64,000 nt of DNA from Octopus sinensis (Eukaryota), in assembly GCF_006345805.1 (NCBI RefSeq), contig NC_043001.1, positions 108,872,001-108,936,000 of the forward strand, written 5' to 3'. The notes under the pieces are model-generated. The model ran no database searches and was not told the DNA's origin. It saw nothing but the letters and a program-made list of their open reading frames with translations. The stretch's first letter is position 1; every line of letters begins with the position of its first letter. Both the position numbers and the translations under genes were made by a program. Below are positions 1 through 13,075 of the stretch, in pieces.

Positions 1-2285
1 TAAGAAAGGCACTCACGAAGGCCCATAATTGGAAATCCCCCGGTAAAGATAGGGTGCCGAATTTCTGGCTCTCATCGCTCCCATGCGCATACGGTAAGCT
101 AGTTCAGCTGCTCAATGGAATTATGAGAGACCCAAAGAAAACACCTGAATGGTTAGCAAGTGGTATTACTTACCTACTCCCAAAGAATAACGAAACCAAA
201 CTTCCAAAAAACTATCGGCCTATAACCTGTTTATCCACCACGTATAAAATCCTAACATCTATCCTGGCGGAGAAAACATATGCCTTCATGGAGAAGAACG
301 ATATTTTCCCCACTGAACAAAAAGGGTGCCACCGAGGCTCATACGGATGCAAAGATCAACTGATAATTAATCGTATGATCCTTGAGAACTGTCAAAACAA
401 GCGCAGAAATCTCAGCTCCGCATGGATTGACTATAAAAAGGCCTTCGACAGTATACCGCATTCATGGATCTTGAAATCGCTGGACATCCTCAAAATTTCC
501 CCCGTGATTTCAAGCTTCCTGAAGCATAATATGTCGTTGTGGAATACGAATCTCCAATTATACCACTCTAATGGAGTACTTGCCTCAGAGAATATAAACA
601 TCAACTGTGGCATTTTTCAAGGTGACTCACTTTCACCTCTAATATTCTGCATAGCTCTAATACCCCTTACAAGTGAATTAAACAGAACAGGGTATGGGTA
701 TAAAATTGTCAATAAAAAATAAGCCATCTATTTTATATGGATGACTTAAAACTCTATGGTACAGACGATAATGAACTTGAAGGCCTATTACGCACTGTGA
801 AAGCATTCAGTGATGACATCGGGATGGAGTTTGGGCTTGAGAAGTGTGCCAAGGTCACTTTCCAGAAAAGGAAAGTGAAGACCACAAATTCAGTCGTGTT
901 AGATGTTGACACAGTCATAAGAGAGCTTGAGAAAGAACAAACCTACAAATATTTAGGGATAAATGAAGGCTCTGGTATTCAGCATGCAAGCATGAAAGAG
1001 AAGATCAGGAAGGAATGCTATAGGAGAGTTCGAGCAGTCCTGAAATCTGAACTAAATGCACGTAACAAGGTGTTAGCTATAAATTCCTTAGCAGTTCCAG
1101 TTGTTACTTATAGCTACAATGTGTTGAACTGGAATATGAGTGAAGTAAAGAAAATAGATAGGAAAATACGCAAGCTGCTGAGTTGTAATAGGATGCACCA
1201 CCCAAAGGCAGACGTAGATCGCCTTTACCTCCCCAAAGCACAAGGAGGTCGAGGCCTGATCCAATTTGAACTAGCTTACAAAACAACCATAATTGGACTG
1301 GCCAAATATCTTGAAATAACGAATGACTGGATGCTAAATCTCGTGGAAAATCACGAGAGACGAAAGAAGCTTCATTCTATCATAATGGAAAGCAAAAAAT
1401 TTGCTATTGATCTCGTGCAGGATACCTAAACTGAACAACCCGAGGGAAGTACGGCAACTATTGTTGCAAAGAAGGTGAAAATAATGGCAACGAAAAAAGC
1501 GCACGAGCAATTGGCTGATAGGTGGGAGGAGAAACCTCTGCACGGCAAATATGTGGCCCGTAGCAAACAAGCTGATGTTGACCAGAAGCAAACCCATCAG
1601 TGGCCACGGAGCTCAGGGCTAAAAGCAGAGAGGGAAGATTTCATCCTGGCTGCTCAAGATCAAAGCCTATTAACCCGGAACTACCAGGCCAATGTGATGA
1701 AAATGGAGCAGACCCAAAATGCCGATTCTGCAACGACATGATTGAAACAGTGGACCACCTAATCTCTGGATGTAAAGTCTTAGCCCCAGTGGAGTATAAA
1801 TTAAGACATGACAGAGTTGGCCAATATCTACACTGGCTAATAAGTCGGCATTACAATATCAAAACTGCCGACAAGTGGTATAATCACCACCCTGAAGCTG
1901 TAACTGAAGGAGAAAATGTAACGATTCTGTGGGACTCTCCAGTATATACAGACCGAACCATCAAAGCCAATAAACCGGATATTGTTGTGAAAGACCAAAA
2001 CAATAAAGTTTGCTTATTGATCGACATGAGCATCCCCTGTGATCATAATATCTCGGCGAAAGAATTTGACAAGCTCAGAAAATATAAAGACTTGCTCATT
2101 GAAATTGAGAAATGTGGCATCTCAAGGCGGTTACAATACCAGTGATCGTAGGAGCACTAGGAATGATCAAGAAGGGAACCGAAAATTATATGAGAATGAT
2201 CCCTGGCTTACCATCCCTGCAAGAAGTGCAAAAGATTGTCTTAACTGGTACATCACACGTATTGAAAAGAGCATTGTCGATGTGA
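1..2285 (+). pseudogene. Disrupted RT-REL ORF of the R4/Dong element
   Basis: ORF pieces 54-722, 737-1429, 1475-1741 and 1600-2145 join into one polyprotein, broken by a frameshift just before YMDD (about 720), a stop at 1427-1429 and further frameshifts near 1700 and 2120. Confidence 0.9.
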
Positions 2286-2478
2286 GAACTATTACTACCC
2301 ATGTATTTTAATTTAACTTTATTTCTATAAAAAAAAAATGAACGAACAAGTGAGTTTAGTTTAATGACCTACCAATGTATACAATGAGTTTCTTTGCCCT
2401 AGGAGTCGGGAAGACACTCGGCAAGAAATGGAAGCAAATTTGAAAGAAGAAGAAAAACCCATAAATAATAATAATAAT
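1..2478 (+). mobile_element. R4/Dong-clade non-LTR retrotransposon (subfamily 1); 5' part lies outside the window; ends in a (TAA)n tail
   Basis: RT motifs NYRPITCL, QKGC, DYKKAFDS, GIFQGDSLSP, (Y)MDDLKLY; CCHC knuckle CRFC..ETVDHLISGC; restriction-like endonuclease KPDIVVKD..LLIDMSIP; 3' UTR followed by ataaataataataataat at about 2461-2478. Confidence 0.93.
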
Positions 2479-2664
2479 ATGACTTACAGGGAAAAATTCA
2501 ATTTAGAAATACTAAATCAAATTTCACAAAATATAATATATATATATAAATTAGAAAAAACCCACCTTTTATCATTTCATATATATATATATATATGTGT
2601 GTGTACAGAAATACACATATTTGATTCCTTCAAACGCAGCACGTGACCACACACATGTGCATGT

Positions 2665-2700
<36 letters not shown>

Positions 2701-2821
2701 ATTGCAAACAGATACACATACACAAGGAATATTTACTTGAAAGAAGAGATTAATTCTGTTCGAAGTACTGTATGTTACACATAAAAAACATAATCGAAAT
2801 GAAATAATTGTGAATATTTAC

Positions 2822-2981
2822 GTCTACTCCGCGTTTCGATCGGCTTGATCTTCGATTGACAACAAGTGTATCATTAATATACTGTGAGCGAGGCGAGTCG
2901 CTACCATCTCTAGCCAGCGATTGTCCTGCACCGAGGAGGAGAAATAACCCAGAAACCATTGGTCTGCGGGTATCGCATAGG
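2822..2981 (-). CDS. Candidate 160-nt exon of an unidentified host gene
   Basis: Non-repetitive, CpG-rich island. Minus-strand acceptor gctaatgctccctcttcag and donor GAC|gtaaat. Open frame LCDTRRPMVSGLFLLLGAGQSLARDGSDSPRSQYINDTLVVNRRSSRSKRGVD. No homolog recognised. Confidence 0.3.
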
Positions 2982-3871
2982 CTGAAGAGGGAGCATTAGC
3001 TTCCTTGCTCACAGTATACGGACATAAATACTGTGTCGTTAGCCAGCCGGAAAAGATGTCTTTCTGGGGCTAAACACTAGCAACATTGTCCTAATCAGGA
3101 CTGCCACTTTACGTTGGCAAATATACTTTACTATTGTTAATATTATCAATAGGGTATCTATTATTATTAATAGGTTATCTATATTTAGTAATAAACTGTT
3201 TCGAAATCGAGACCTTATATTCTTAAACGAAAAGTAATAGCGATGTTACCCACGTTTGTATATTCGTCAGTGCCATGATGGAATTTCTGAATCTACGTAA
3301 AATGTATTATCTTTGAGCATTCGAAAGAAGCGGAGAAATGATTTATATAGTTATAAATCTTAGGATGTTGAATTAGCTTAACGGGAGGAGTTTGAGATCA
3401 AGAGATATGCTCATAAATAACGTAGAGTAAATTCTAACCTTTGGTTCATAGTCAAGTATATTGGAAAGCGAGAGATAGAGATAGATAGAAAGAAAGAAAG
3501 ATAGAGAGAGAATAAAGAATGAACAGAGAGAGGAAGAGAATGAAGGAGAGAAAATAGAAAATAAGAGGGAGGCAAAAGTACAGATATTATCCAAGATGTA
3601 GACAAATGGACATTGAATGGACTGAAGACGGAGACTAGCATTAACATATAATCCATGTATGTGTTCTATAATCCCGAATAAATAAGCAATAAATTTCGAT
3701 CGCGAGGATCGGGTTTTACTTTGACTAACAGATCGACTCTACTCTGTGTAACACGTGTGTGCGTCTGTGTGAGTGTGTATGTGTGTGCGTCTCTGTGAGT
3801 GTGTGTGTGTGTGTGCGCGCGCGTGTATTTGTGTGTGTGTTTGTGTGCATGTGTGTATGTATATATTCATT

Positions 3872-3990
3872 TCTTCATTGCCCACAGAGAGCTAAACATA
3901 GAGGGGACAAACAAGGACAGACAAAGGGATGAAGTCAATCACATCGACCCCAGTGTGTAACTGGTACTTATTTAATCGACCCCGAGAGGA
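3872..3990 (-). mobile_element. SINE family A, 3' fragment
   Basis: Reverse complement of the tail gtaccagtt..cactggggtcgatg..tttgtctgtccttgtttgtcccctct..tagc, also seen at 24830-24940. Confidence 0.8.
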
Positions 3991-4344
3991 TTGTGTATGT
4001 ATATACTGTTAATTGTGACTTCGAAGTTGTTGGCCTGTTAATCCGTCAACCAACGATGGCTTTGCTGGCCGAAACTTCTGAGTCACTGTCAACAATATTT
4101 TTGTCTGAGAACAACCTTGTATAGAGTTATCCCTCAGATTAATGTAAAAGTGTTTTTATCATAACTAAACATAAAAACAAACATGAACAAACACACACAG
4201 AGAAACAGACACACATACATGCATATTTGTTTGTTCACACACACACACGCATACACACACACATATATATCTGCATGGATGTGTGTGTATATATATATAT
4301 ATATATATACACCCAAGTGTTTTCTTCTATAGCCTCGGGTTGAC

Positions 4345-4555
4345 ATAAGCCTTGTGGTAAGAAGCTTGCATCCCAAACTCATGGTTCCGGGTTCAGTCCC
4401 TCTGTGTGGCTCATTGGGCAGGTGACTTCTAATGTAGCCTTGGGCTGACCAAAGCCTTGTGAGCGAAAGAAGCCCGTCGAGTATATATATGTATATATAT
4501 TTGTGTATGTGTTTGTGTCTGTGTTTGTTCCCCCACCATCGCTTGATAACCGATG
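4345..4555 (+). mobile_element. SINE family B (tRNA head, CORE-like ttgggcaag/g body), partial
   Basis: ttgtggtaagaagcttgc..ggttccgggttcagtccc (B box)..gggctgaccaaagccttgtgag..gaaagaagcccgtcg matches the copies at 10761, 12095, 59494 and 63892. Confidence 0.8.
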
Positions 4556-4721
4556 TCTACGCTCTTCGACAGAAATGATTGAAGGAGAAAAATGTGTTGA
4601 GATTAACGATTCGACATAAACCCTCTTTTTCTTTCTCTCTATGTATTATATATTATTATACACACGCACACACACACATAATACACATAATATATGCATA
4701 CACACACACACACACACACAC

Positions 4722-4785
<64 letters not shown>

Positions 4786-5620
4786 TATATATATTTGGTT
4801 GTGTGTGTATGTATATAAATACACACACCACACACTCATATATATGTTTGTGTGTGTATGTGTGTGTGCCTATATATATGTACACGCAGATACACATGTA
4901 CAAGTTCCTTGTCATACACACACGCACACACAACACACAAACATACACTCGCACACAACAGACACACACATACACACTAACCCATAAAAATACGAAAGGG
5001 AAATCGTTAACATTTCTTTCCCGTTACAACACATACAGTTAAACTTAGATCAAATAACGAGATAGAAACTTAACAAACAAAACAAAACAAAACCAAAAAA
5101 CCCCAAAACTAAAAACAAAGAATTACAATACTGAAAATGATAAAAAGAAGCTAAAATGATAATAATCTGTAAAATATTCTTTTCAAAATTATTGAAGAAA
5201 AGAGACAGAAAAGGCGAGAGTAATTAATAAATACATTTGTCTGACATTGATTTTTGCTGTAAACCTATGAGCACATAAATAATTAAACGTAATATTTATT
5301 CTACAGCCAAGAGATCAGATTAATAAAAGACATAACAGATTTAATGATCGTTTATTTTTTCTTATAAAACAACAGCTTCGGAAGAATTTGGTTAATGATA
5401 ACAGTGAGACCTGACTTTAAATAAACAGCATTTGTAATTTAAAAGTTACTCATGGGAAATCGAAGAAGCAATGAAAGAAAAAAAAACATAAGCAGAAAAG
5501 GAAAAGAGAAAAAAATAAGACAAAGTTGTATGCATTGCTTCCCGGTTTTGTGGTTTCGGGTTCGGTTTCATTCAGCCCCCGCCACTTTAGATAACGACGC
5601 GGAAACTGGTGCGGAAGCTT

Positions 5621-5683
<63 letters not shown>

Positions 5684-5719
5684 TATATATATTATATATA
5701 TAGATAGATAGATAGATAG

Positions 5720-5898
5720 ATAGATCGTTAGCTACTACACACATTTTTTTCTCTCCTTGTTTTTTCTGTGTCTCTTTCTGTAGAAGAGCGTAGGCTCAAA
5801 ACGTAAAAGACTTTTTCTATTCCTGAGCGTTATACTAATACATCTGTTTGTTTTGTACACCACCTGTCTTCGTCTTTTGTTTTTTCGTAAACTCTCCA
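5720..5898 (+). mobile_element. Penelope-like terminal repeat (family E) with hammerhead-like motif at 5773-5810
   Basis: gatcgttagctact..tctttctgtagaagagcgtaggctcaaaacgtaaaaga..cacctgtcttcgtcttttg; the same unit terminates the GIY-YIG remnant at 27400-27600. Confidence 0.75.
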
Positions 5899-5956
<58 letters not shown>

Positions 5957-6698
5957 CATTCACATACAAATACATTTATAAAAACACACACACATACATA
6001 TAATACATACATACATAACATACACGCACACACACACACACATATATATATATACATATATGTAAATTTAAACACAAATGAGGCATCCATCATAGGACCC
6101 CTTGCATGTTAGTAAAAAGAGTTAAATTCCAAACCACTATTAGGGATAAAACTTCGAAGGGAATGAAAAATAAAAACATTTACCATTTAACTCCTGGACC
6201 ATGGTTTAAGACTTATTTTAACAAATAAAAAAATTTGCTTGGCGAAGTCTTCTTCAGCAGGTATACACACCAACATATATACATACATATTCAATAATTG
6301 TCTGTGTCTCCCCAGTGAAATTGGTGCTGACAAAACAATGGAACTGGATACCACCCGTCTCTGTGAAAGGATACGAGTGTATAGATTTCCAATATCATGT
6401 ATTTTAACTTTTCACCGAGGAGACACGGAGAATTATTGAATTGTTCATATCGAAACCTTAAGGTTTCTTTTCATTTGTCTAGCTCGTAAGCATCTAGCTT
6501 CTTGCTAATCTGAGAAAACAAATTTCGTGGTAAGACGGTTTGACGTCTATTTTCAGCATACAAGGGATCCACTAAGTGGCCTCTCCTATTGTTTATATTT
6601 AAATAGAATTCCCGGTCTTCGGATGTTTTTTAAGTATGCTGACCACTGGCTGAAATTGATATTATTTGATAATATTAATTTCTACTCTTATTATATAT

Positions 6699-7268
6699 AT
6701 AGGGTTGTCCGGAAAGTTCGTACCGATTTATAGTTGCTTACATTTCGACTTGTTTTAGAACATGGTTGGGTCTATTCAATAAGATTTCACTACACCTCCA
6801 TTTAGAGCACAGTTTAAGCTATCTTTTCGTGGAAGGAGGTTTATGTTCCCCATAACCTGTGTTAATTTTGTAACCCTTTAAAATGGAAGATAAGAAAGTT
6901 CATTTCCGGTACTTGATGCTTTGGGAACCAGACAAAAATTGCTGCAGCTCGGCTGGGATGTGTTACTCCACCCTCCATATTCACCAGATATTGCTCCTTC
7001 GGATTTCCACTTATTCAGGTCTATTCAGAATAGTCTTAATGGTAAAAATTTCAATTCCTTGGATGACGTAAAAAGATACCTTGATGAATTCTTTGCCATG
7101 AAACCACATCAATTCTGGGAAGAGGGTATTTTCAAATTAAAGGAAAGATGGAGACGCATAGTGCAACAAAACGGTTCGTATTTGGTTGATTAAAAATGTA
7201 ATGGCAAGTATTTATTGACCTTTTTCTTTCCTTTAAAAATCGGCACGAACTTTCCGGACAACCCAATA
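6699..7268 (+). mobile_element. Internally deleted mariner element (about 570 bp) with both TIRs
   Basis: TIRs tagggttgtccggaaagttcgtaccgattt / aaaatcggcacgaactttccggacaacccaata. Transposase N-terminus MEDKKVHFRYLMLWE is fused to the C-terminus containing HPPYSPDIAPSDFHLFRS. Confidence 0.92.
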
Positions 7269-7865
7269 TTTATTTATATTTTTAGTGGAAATGTTACACC
7301 AATCAACACGTCTGGTTTCACAAAATTAAAAAAAAAGATTTATGTTGATTAAATACACACATTAAAATATTAAATGAATATCGAGCATAATTATAGTGAC
7401 AACATTTTTACATTATTCCGTACCCTTGCTTCAAGTCTTATTTATATCTCAATTTTATCTTTATAATTATTCTTCCTCGTACTAATGGCACTTCGCCTAA
7501 TATCGCTTCAGACTCTCGACTCTTTGAAAACCCTCCACTTATCTCTTAACTTGCTTATCTCTCCTCTCCTATATATTAACGATATAAATCTTTAGTTCCC
7601 TAAACCTGCCACTTTGCCGCTCTGGCGATTCACAATAAATCTAATGAATAGAGCTAAGATGTCACTTTATTTTCACAGTCCCTCCGCTTGAATGCTTTCT
7701 CTGATAGTGTTAGACCTTGCTATTTAATTTATTAGTACTACAATATAAGCTCTGCTCTTTTCTATTTTGCTTATTTATTTAACCATTCAGCGTGGTGAGT
7801 TATTACGCCATTTACGTCCAACCTAATGAAATGTTGGTGGAAAATTTCCTTTGTTGTTATATGCT

Positions 7866-8085
7866 GAGACCCCCTTCGGTCATGACTGACCATAGGATTG
7901 CACCTAGAAAGTTACCCTCCCAGGCACAAGTCCGGGCAAGGTTGTTTATGGAAGACCAGCAGTCGCCCATGCATACCTCTTCACGCCACCGGTGTTATCC
8001 AAGGGAAAGGCAAATGTTGATACAGCTTGGCACCTGTGACGTCGCAACTCATTTCTACAGATGAGTGAAGTGGAGTAACGGTAAA
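7866..8085. mobile_element. Interspersed repeat fragment (SINE/LINE-tail-like), family uncertain
   Basis: GC-richer block ending ctcatttctacagatgagtgaagtggagtaacg, an L2-tail-like motif; family assignment is from recall only. Confidence 0.35.
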
Positions 8086-8129
8086 AAAAAACAGCCTGTG
8101 GGGTGTTAACAAGCGTGTGGAAGACGAAT

Positions 8130-8290
8130 ATGAAACAACCGTATACTCATAACGTAGTTCTCAGGGATATTCAGCGTGACACAGAATGTGACAAGGCTGG
8201 ACCCCTTTCAATTACAGGTATTGCTAATTTTTGCCAGCTGAATGGACTGGAAGAGTAACGTGAAGAAAAAGACCTTGTCTGGCTCCTTGA
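8130..8290 (-). mobile_element. SINE family C fragment
   Basis: aacgtagttctcagggatattcagcgtgacacagaatgtgacaaggctgg..caggta is shared with 17680-17750 and 35240-35305. Confidence 0.75.
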
Positions 8291-8547
8291 GCAAGATACT
8301 TAACGATCGTGAGCTGAATATTAAATCGCGTATGTTCACACCCGGAAAACTAATATATAGTAAAATAAATAAATAAGTGAATAAATAAAATAAAAAAAAG
8401 CAAAAGTAGCTCTCTCTTTCACTTGCGCTGTCTCTGTTTCTGTCTCTCTCTGTCACTACCTATTTATATGCTCGCTTTTACACCGGATTATAATAAAAAA
8501 CAATATACATTATAATAAAGGACTTTCTTAATACTTTTTGCAGAGTA

Positions 8548-8643
<96 letters not shown>

Positions 8644-8654
8644 GTATGTATGCA

Positions 8655-9420
8655 TATATGGGTACATGAGTCATAACAGTAAACACATGAAGTACGAAAA
8701 CAAATGAGTTAAATACGCAAACAACGAGAGATAAATGGAAAACAGAACGACCCTTCATCAGTTGTCAGCTGTCTACCTACTCCTCATTTCGAGCAATCAA
8801 CGACAATATGAGTCTTCGAAGACAGTTGCTCCCATAAATGCCAAAATAAAATTTAGGATTTATGGAGGGTCAAAGTTGGGAATAAAAACAGGACATGGGA
8901 GACATACAAGGAAACCGAACGAAAACAAACATGGAGGGTCGTTAGACCAGGACGAGGGGAAAATAGAGAACGCTCAGAGAAATATTTTCTTTGAAAAGAG
9001 AAAAAGTAGAAGAGAGAGATAGAAGACGTCCAGTCCTTAGAACGTCTGTGCAGGAAAAGAAAGATGGTCACGTGAAGGAAAGAAAGATGAACGATGGTTA
9101 CGTGCTCTAAAGACAGAAGAAAATCTGCCTTCAACTCAGTCATGAGCCTGTGTTTTGCTTATTTTTTTGTATGTCTCCACTGTCCTGTTTTTGTTCCCAA
9201 CTTTGACTCTCCATAAATCCAAAATTTTATTTTGGTATTTACGCGAGTAAATGTCTTCGAAGACTCATATTGTCGTTGATTGCTCGAAATGAAAAGATAG
9301 CCAACAACAGATGAAGGGTCATTCTGAGTCTTACTTGTACTATTTCCACTTTTTCTCTCTCGTTGTTTTCGTATTTCATGTTTTTGTTTATGGTGATGAC
9401 CTGTACTCGTATATTATTAT
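8655..9420. repeat. Imperfect inverted repeat: arms of about 270 bp (8655-8930 and 9150-9420), spacer about 220 bp
   Basis: catttcgagcaatcaacgacaatatgagtcttcgaagaca (about 8785-8825) is the exact reverse complement of tgtcttcgaagactcatattgtcgttgattgctcgaaatg (about 9252-9291); similarity continues on both sides. Confidence 0.9.
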
Positions 9421-9449
9421 TTAATTGAACGCCACGCAACCATTTTCAA

Positions 9450-9480
<31 letters not shown>

Positions 9481-9541
9481 AGATATATATATAGATTATA
9501 TATATATATAGTCTATATCTATATATTATATATATACATAT

Positions 9542-9577
<36 letters not shown>

Positions 9578-9604
9578 AGATCTTATATATATGATATATA
9601 TACG

Positions 9605-9674
<70 letters not shown>

Positions 9675-10145
9675 GTATGTATGATATATATATAAATGTC
9701 CAGGGACGTGCCGCCTAATAGGCAGGTAGACAGTGCCAACCTTGAATAAAATGGATAGATAGCAACATTTTCCTCTCATGGCAAAATAATCACTTAATTC
9801 AATAAAATTATGAAGATTACTGTGATTACTCTGCATAAAATGCAAAATATTAAACATTTTTTGTAAACTAGTTAGGCATAATCCGCCCCTGCCCTTTAAT
9901 CTCGGTATTAAAGCTACGTGCTGCGTATATTCCTACAACAACGTTTTCTTTACGTGCTACAAAGGCAGAAGTAAATCTGCCTTCAACTCAGTCGCGCGCT
10001 TGTGTTTTGCTTTTTTTGTGTGTCTTATTACATAAAGGTCACCAACTGCCTACCCTGAGTAATTACTGGCGGACTTTCAACTTTTGGCTTCCAATGAAGG
10101 CTAAGCAGGCTGAAACTTCGAACACCCTAGTCTTGTAAACGAACA

Positions 10146-10150
10146 TCTAT

Positions 10151-10248
<98 letters not shown>

Positions 10249-10253
10249 CTCTC

Positions 10254-10328
<75 letters not shown>

Positions 10329-11198
10329 TGTTTGGAATGTTTATAGCAACTATGTGTCATCGGCGCTCTGTTAACGTACTGAACTTTTCTTTTATCTGTG
10401 TCAGCATCTCTTCTTAAATGTAGACAGAAGCGAGAATAAAAATAAGAATTATTTTCACAAATATGATATATATATTTTAAGGTTAACATGCTGACGCAGT
10501 AAACAGAGATTTTATCTGTGCCCCAAAAGCAATAATTAAGAAGCTTCCACATACATAAAAATGTAACTTATATACATAAACACACAAGAAACATACGCAT
10601 ACATACAGAGATATAAATCAGATAAATCTATATATTTATATGAAAATTTGCTTTAAACTCTGTTTCTTGCCGCGCATACATACGAATCAGTTCAAAGGGT
10701 TGGCATATATGTATGTATATAATAGCTTTCTTTCTTGCATAAGTACACATTATATATACAGGCTCAGGAGTGGCTGTGTAGTAAGTAGCTTGCTTACCAA
10801 CCACATGGTTCCAGGTTCAGTCCCAATGCGTGGCACTCTGGGCATGTGTCTTCTACTATAGCTTCGGGCTGACCAAAGCCTTGTGAGTGGATTTGGTAGG
10901 CGGAAACTGAAAGAAGCCCGTCGTTGGCAAAATCGTTAGCACGCCGGGCGAAATGCGTAGCCGTATTTCGTATGCCGCTACGTTCTGAGTTCAAATTCGC
11001 CGAGGTCGACTTTACCATTCATCCTTTCGGGGTCGATTAAATAAGTACCAGTTACGCACTGGGGTCCATGAAATCGATTTCATCCCTCCCCCCAAATGGC
11101 TGCTCTGTGGCAAAATTTGAAACCTAAAGGCGGTGCTCCAGCATGGCCGCAGTCAATGACTGAAACGAGTAAAAGAGTAAAAGAGTATATATATATAT

Positions 11199-11242
<44 letters not shown>

Positions 11243-11270
11243 ATATATATAATATATAATATATATATGA

Positions 11271-11303
<33 letters not shown>

Positions 11304-11503
11304 GTGCATATATGCTTGTGTGTCTGTGTGTTGTGTGGTGTGTTTATGTCCCTGTAACTTAGCGGTTCGGCAAAAGATAACCATAGAATAAGTTCTCGGC
11401 TTACAAAGAATTTAGTCGATTTACTCGACTAAAGGCGGTGCTCGCAGCATGGCCGCAGTCAAATAAGAGAATATATATCTATATCTATCTATCTATCTAT
11501 ATC

Positions 11504-11579
<76 letters not shown>

Positions 11580-11624
11580 CTATCGATCTCTCTATCTATA
11601 TATCTATCTATCTATCTATCTTCG

Positions 11625-11662
<38 letters not shown>

Positions 11663-12519
11663 TGTTTGGAATGTTTATAGCAACTATGTGTCATCGGCTC
11701 TCTGTTAACGTACTGAACTTTTCTTTTATCTGTGTCAGCATCTCTTCTTAAATGTAGACAGAAGCGAGAATAAAAATAAGAATTATTTTCACAAATATGA
11801 TAATATATTTTAAGGTTAACATGCTGACGCAGTAAACAGAGATTTTATCTGTGCCCCAAAAGCAATAATTAAGAAGCTTCCACATACATAAAAATGTAAC
11901 TTATATACATAAACACACAAGAAATATACGCATACATACAGAGATATAAATCAGATAAATCTATATATTTATATGAAAATTTGCTTTAAACTCTGTTTCT
12001 TGCCGCGCATACATACGAATCAGTTCAAAGGGTTGGCATATATGTATGTATATAATAGCTTTCTTTCTTTGCATAAGTACACATTATATATACAGGCTCA
12101 GGAGTGGCTGTGTAGTAAGTAGCTTGCTTACCAACCACATGGTTCCAGGTTCAGTCCCAATGCGTGGCACTCTGGGCATGTGTCTTCTACTATAGCTTCG
12201 GGCTGACCAAAGCCTTGTGAGTGGATTTGGTAGGCGGAAACTGAAAGAAGCCCGTCGTTGGCAAAATCGTTAGCACGCCGGGCGAAATGCGTACCGCGTA
12301 TTTCGTATGCCGCTACGTTCTGAGTTCAAATTCGCCGAGGTCGACTTTACCATTCATCCTTTCGGGGTCGATTAAATAAGTACCAGTTACGCACTGGGGT
12401 CCATGAAATCGATTCATCCCTCCCCCCAAATGGCTGCTCTTTGGCAAAATTTGAAACCTAAAGGCGGTGCTCCACATGGCCGCAGTCAAATGACTGAAAC
12501 GAGTAAAAGAGTAAAAGAG

Positions 12520-12603
<84 letters not shown>

Positions 12604-12805
12604 ATATATATATATATATGTATATATGTATGTGTGGCATATATGCTTGTGTGTCTGTGTTTTGTGTGGTGTGTTTATGTCCCTGTAACTTAGCGGTTCG
12701 GCAAAAGATAACCATAGAATAAGTTCTAGGCTTACAAAGAATTTAGTCGATTTACTCGACTAAAGGCGGTGCTCCAGCATGGCCGCAGTCAAATAAGAGA
12801 ATCTA
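10146..12805 (+). repeat. Tandem duplication, period about 1334 bp, with breakpoints in (CTAT)n
   Basis: ctattgtttggaatg at 10325 and 11659; ggctcaggag at 10761 and 12095; ggccgcagtcaaataagagaat at 11451 and 12781. Confidence 0.95.
10761..11465 (+). mobile_element. Composite SINE: family B interrupted by a family A copy that carries a family B tail (duplicated at 12095-12795)
   Basis: B head to gaagcccgtcgt (about 10923), then tggcaaaatcgttagcacgccgggcg (A), then ctaaaggcggtgctccagcatggccgcagtca (B tail), (TA)n, then the remaining B 3' half. Confidence 0.8.
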
Positions 12806-12902
12806 TATCTATATCTATCTATCTATCTATATATATATATATATATATACATGCATACAAACATACATATATATATATGCATGTATACATATATATATAT
12901 AA

Positions 12903-13075
12903 CGGGAAGGTTTACAAAAATAAACAAAAGACGAAGGCAGATGGAGTACAAACAAATAATGTATTAGTATGGCGCTCAGGAATAGAAATAAAACAAGTCT
13001 TTTACGTTTCGAGCCTACGCTCTTCGACAGAAAGATACACAGAAAAGAAACAAGGAGAGAAAAAAATTGCGTGTA
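12903..13075 (-). mobile_element. Penelope-like terminal repeat (family E) with hammerhead-like motif at 12998-13035
   Basis: Reverse complement reads tctttctgtcgaagagcgtaggctcgaaacgtaaaaga. Confidence 0.8.

Noticed and set aside
2982-3006. CTGAAGA followed by hairpin GGGAGC-atta-GCTTCC as a hammerhead
   Set aside because: No GAAA follows the stem (ttgctc), so the core is incomplete.
10088-10123. Hammerhead-like ttc-caatga-aggctaagcaggct-gaaac-ttc-gaa
   Set aside because: The CUGA part is degraded and stem II is imperfect; possibly a decayed PLE end, but too weak to call.
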